From: Fistulifera solaris
Taxonomy: Eukaryota
Length of the DNA: 64,000 nucleotides
Assembly: GCA_030295235.1 (NCBI GenBank)
Contig: AP026150.1
Location: 62,001-126,000, forward strand
Reading direction: 5' to 3'
Position numbers and translations under genes: made by a program. Positions 60,851 to 64,000 of the stretch are shown piece after piece. The notes beneath the pieces are model-generated. The model saw nothing but the letters and a program-made list of their open reading frames with translations. It searched no databases and had not been told where the DNA came from. Each line of letters begins with the position of its first letter. The stretch's first letter is position 1.

Positions 60851-61064
60851 AGCGATAATAAACGAGATTCTCAAGCGAATATCACAACAATATCCGCAAA
60901 CAACGATACAACTTCGAATAACAAAGTCAATCCTAACACATTAAAGATTATCTACGATTGGTGTTGCATCGCAACAAGTCATTCCGATGACGTCGCACTT
61001 TTCTACTAACTCGTGTATCAGTCAGTCACGTATACTTGAACGAGATTGCCCATTCATCTTCACT
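60851..61064 (-). repeat. 5' LTR (214 bp)
   Basis: Direct repeat of 56528-56741, followed on the minus strand by the PBS. Confidence 0.95.
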
Positions 61065-61260
61065 GTCAGTGCTGGTCCAGCCCCGTCCGAACGCCGACAC
61101 GAATTTTCCCTCCTAGCGCTACGAACCTGGTAAGCCTCCGACAACTGCTATTTGATTCTGTTCAAGGCCGCCGTTGGTTCGACAACAAAGGTAGAGAGAT
61201 CCGCGACGACAATAGAACAATGATAAAATCTTGCCAAGAATGCGTTATTTGCCAACTAAG

Positions 61261-62676
61261 ATGATTTTAGGGTTTATACGGCGCGTTCTAAGTCGACATT
61301 CGGTCAACGCTTCATGCCGACCAGTACAACTGGATGGTCTGATTGCACGGCGGGGACAGAGCAATACTACTGCTCACTCTAGGTCGTTATTTGAAGTTTA
61401 CGATGATATGATTATGAAGGGGAATATACAGTCGGATCCACATCAAGTGGTTGCACTCAAAGAGCTAGAACGATTACGAAAGAATTTAATGCAGCATAAA
61501 CCTCCCCAATTCACGAAAGCGACGCCTAGCACGCCTCCTTCCATCAACAATACATCATCGTGGTGGGGGTTTGGAGCCTTATCGACAGAAGTGTTTACTC
61601 TAAAGAATCCCTTTCATGGTGTATACTTACACGGGGGTGTCGGCTGTGGCAAGACTTTCTGTATGAATTTATTCTACGATTCGATCGACAACAATTGTTC
61701 CTGGTCGAAACAGAAGGTTCACTTTCACAAATTCATGTTACGTGTACATCAAGAAATGCATGCAGCTAGAGGTAAGGGAAACGCTGACGCTATTATGCCC
61801 ACTGTCGTTAATTCGGTGGCGGCTCGTGGGGCGCTGATATGCCTTGATGAGTTTCAGGTAACCGATGTTGCGGATGCGCTTATCTTACAGCGATTATTTA
61901 CGGGCCTTTGGGACAAGGGATGTGTCCTAGTAGCAACATCGAACCGGCCTCCGCAAGATCTGTATTTGAACGGCTTGCAGCGTGCAAGGTTTCTGCCCTT
62001 CATTGATCTTCTTCGCGAAGAGTGTAACGTGGTTAGCATGGACGAAAGCGAAACGGACTATCGGTTGGTGCAAAGTTAGAATCCGGAAGTATACCGGTAT
62101 ATTTCACAAATGAGGCTTCCGAAAAGAAAGCGTTTGACAAACTGTTTTATGACTTGGTGGGAAGCAGTGCCGTGGCCCCTACGCAGCTAGAAACGTGTGG
62201 GCGAAAAATTGTTGTTCCACAAGCCACACTGAAGAGAGGTATCTGTCGGTTCGACTTTACGGATCTATGTAAAAAAAGCTTTGGGTGCAGCAGATTATTT
62301 AGTGATTGGGCAATCCTTTGACACGGTATTTGTGGAAAATATACCGACTCTGACCCTCAACGAGATTAATTGGATACGTCGCTTCATTATTTTTGTCGAC
62401 GCCATGTACGAAAGTAATGTGAAACTAATCCTTCAAGGCGCTAAACCAGCACAGGAATTGGTGCAAGTAGATAAATCTGACACGGGAACAAGTCACGATG
62501 AAATTTTTGCGTTCGATCGAACAGTCAGCCGACTGATGGAGATGTCCAGTGCATCGTACTTGAAGCGAAAATGGAAGTCACACACATCAGACAATCCTGC
62601 TGCCATGCTCTCTCAAGCTCGTGCAACAGTCTGCGTTCAACCTAGCTTGGGGGATTCTAAAGAGCGCAGGCAGTGA
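61261..62676 (+). CDS. AFG1: AFG1/ZapE-family (LACE1) mitochondrial ATPase
   Basis: GVYLHGGVGCGKT, VHFHKFM, CLDEFQVTDVADA, TSNRPPQDLY, LGAADYL, RRFIIFVDAMYE, FAFDRTVSRLMEM. Arg-rich presequence. Indels near 62075 and 62275. Confidence 0.93.
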
Positions 62677-62728
62677 GTTATTCCGAGCTAAGTAGTTTGT
62701 AATGTCGTTGATGTTAAATGAATCGGCG

Positions 62729-63259
62729 CTATTGGTGAAGAACTTCATTTTCTTGTAGCAATAATAGTTTCTCAGACAAAACTAACATGGTCTTTTCGTA
62801 GTGTTCCAACATCTGATCAAGCCGCGCCGTTAATCGTCTGGTACGCTGCTGGGTGTCGCTTAACGTAGCTTCAACCATTTCCAAGCCGGCCGGATAGTCG
62901 TCAGTAGGCTCCAGCAGAGGGGAACCAAGTATAGTGCTGTGATTGGGATCCCTTGTGACCAGTTGTGAAATCAATTGCAACTGCTCTAAAACTGCCTTGT
63001 AGTCTTGAGCAGATGCTAGAATTTCTTGTTGCCGGTAAAGTAGAGGAGCAATTCCTCCGGACGCATTGTGAGATAAAGCCGTTTTCGGGTCTAGCTCTTC
63101 CATCAGTGATGCAATGAAATTCCAGTCTTTAGGTTCCTCTAATGAACTAGTTTCTAGTGCCTGCAAACGTTCCTCGAGGTCGGCATCATTGTTGGAGAAA
63201 CCTGACACTGCCTCCAACTGTGCAATGCGCTGTTCTAGCTTCATCAACCTTTCTGTCAT
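62729..63259 (-). CDS. Coiled-coil protein, possibly dynactin p24/DCTN3-like
   Basis: LEQRIAQLEA...RQQEILAS...LDQMLEHYEKTMLVLSEKL follows the DCTN3 pattern. 176 aa. Confidence 0.5.
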   Translation of the reverse strand: MTERLMKLEQRIAQLEAVSGFSNNDADLEERLQALETSSLEEPKDWNFIASLMEELDPKTALSHNASGGIAPLLYRQQEILASAQDYKAVLEQLQLISQLVTRDPNHSTILGSPLLEPTDDYPAGLEMVEATLSDTQQRTRRLTARLDQMLEHYEKTMLVLSEKLLLLQENEVLHQ

Positions 63260-63570
63260 GTTTTTAGCCGAATGATGATTGTTAGATGATACGGAGTACT
63301 TGGGTAAATTATTGATCGAGAAGAATGCAAATAAGTAAAAGACGAATGATACCAGGTAGATCGAAGCAACAGTTAAATTTAGGTGTTTTCGCACCTCGCG
63401 TCTGCGAGATGCGACATGCGACGAAAAATATGGAGCATTTTTGTTTCAGGGTCGTGAGTCACGAGGAGTCATGGAAGAACTATTTATTTATTTGCTAGCA
63501 CAATCAAAGTATCGCATTTGTTAGTCGGAACGCTTCGATAAGCTAACATTTCCAATATGTTATATGTTAC

Positions 63571-64000
63571 TTAACGTGATGCCAGTCGTTGCTCCACGTA
63601 CGATGTTTGAAATGCGGAGACACGAGATGCAATAAGCTCATTCCAAACGTTTAACAAATTTTTGGGCGGCTCGTGTCGGCCGCCCTCAAGTAGCTGTCGC
63701 CGGTTGACACCCGCAGAGAAATCCCACAAACACTGTTTCAGCACTGATGGTAATTGCGAAGAAGAAATCGCTGAGGGCTCATCAAGCTTGAGTAAGTCTA
63801 AACATAATTCACGAAACGGTTCATCGCTGAGCAAATGTTCGATAATTGAAGAACAGTGAAAATCAATCCCCTGTACGGAAATATCCTTTAGCATCAGTTG
63901 ATGAAGCTTGTTTCGACAAAGTTCAGACACAAACTGATGGGCTTGATATCTCGTCCGCTCGTGTATGGTCGCTGGCACAAGAGCCCAATTTAAATTCAAT
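63571..64000 (-). CDS. C-terminal part of a hypothetical protein (5' end outside window)
   Basis: Open frame to the window edge, with a GIDFHCS motif. Confidence 0.55.
   Translation of the reverse strand, partial: LNLNWALVPATIHERTRYQAHQFVSELCRNKLHQLMLKDISVQGIDFHCSSIIEHLLSDEPFRELCLDLLKLDEPSAISSSQLPSVLKQCLWDFSAGVNRRQLLEGGRHEPPKNLLNVWNELIASRVSAFQTSYVEQRLASR

Larger units (their letters stand above)
56528..61064 (-). mobile_element. Ty1/Copia (CoDi-like) LTR retrotransposon, gag/protease largely deleted
   Basis: Two 214-bp LTRs, GTCAG TSD (56523-56527 and 61065-61069), PBS and PPT. Order is pre-integrase HDRLGH, integrase, RT (TYAPVVSWST, YVDD), RNase H (DADFAG, STTEAE, EDNNG, RTKHI, ADIFTKGL). 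Confidence 0.97.

Overview
Gene-dense eukaryotic nuclear DNA, most likely a raphid pennate diatom (short GT-AG introns, bipartite plastid-targeting presequences, CoDi-type Copia element). Many genes are split by single-base indels, often in homopolymers, which look like long-read consensus errors. About 30 protein-coding genes are recognisable, including a DUF1800/cytochrome-b5 protein, DHHC palmitoyltransferase, RINGv-FHA ligase, plastid ArgRS, an RlmJ-like protein, REEP/Yop1, eIF1, a USP, PRCC, AzgA permease, NDH-2 and AFG1 ATPase. Three transposable-element relics can be resolved by eye: an internally deleted PIF/Harbinger (30444-32398, TIRs and TTA TSD), a Crypton-like fragment inside a ~2785-bp tandem array that also amplifies the 3' half of the NDH-2 gene (46768-55841), and a young Ty1/Copia (56528-61064). 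The most striking signals are the Copia's non-canonical 5'-AG...CT-3' LTR termini with a perfect 5-bp TSD and half-tRNA-iMet PBS, an RlmJ homologue with DPPY replaced by DGGF, a palindromic TACCWGGTA element found 12 times and only between genes, and two pairs of paralogous ~80-aa microproteins. All family assignments are from motif recognition; no database searches were run.
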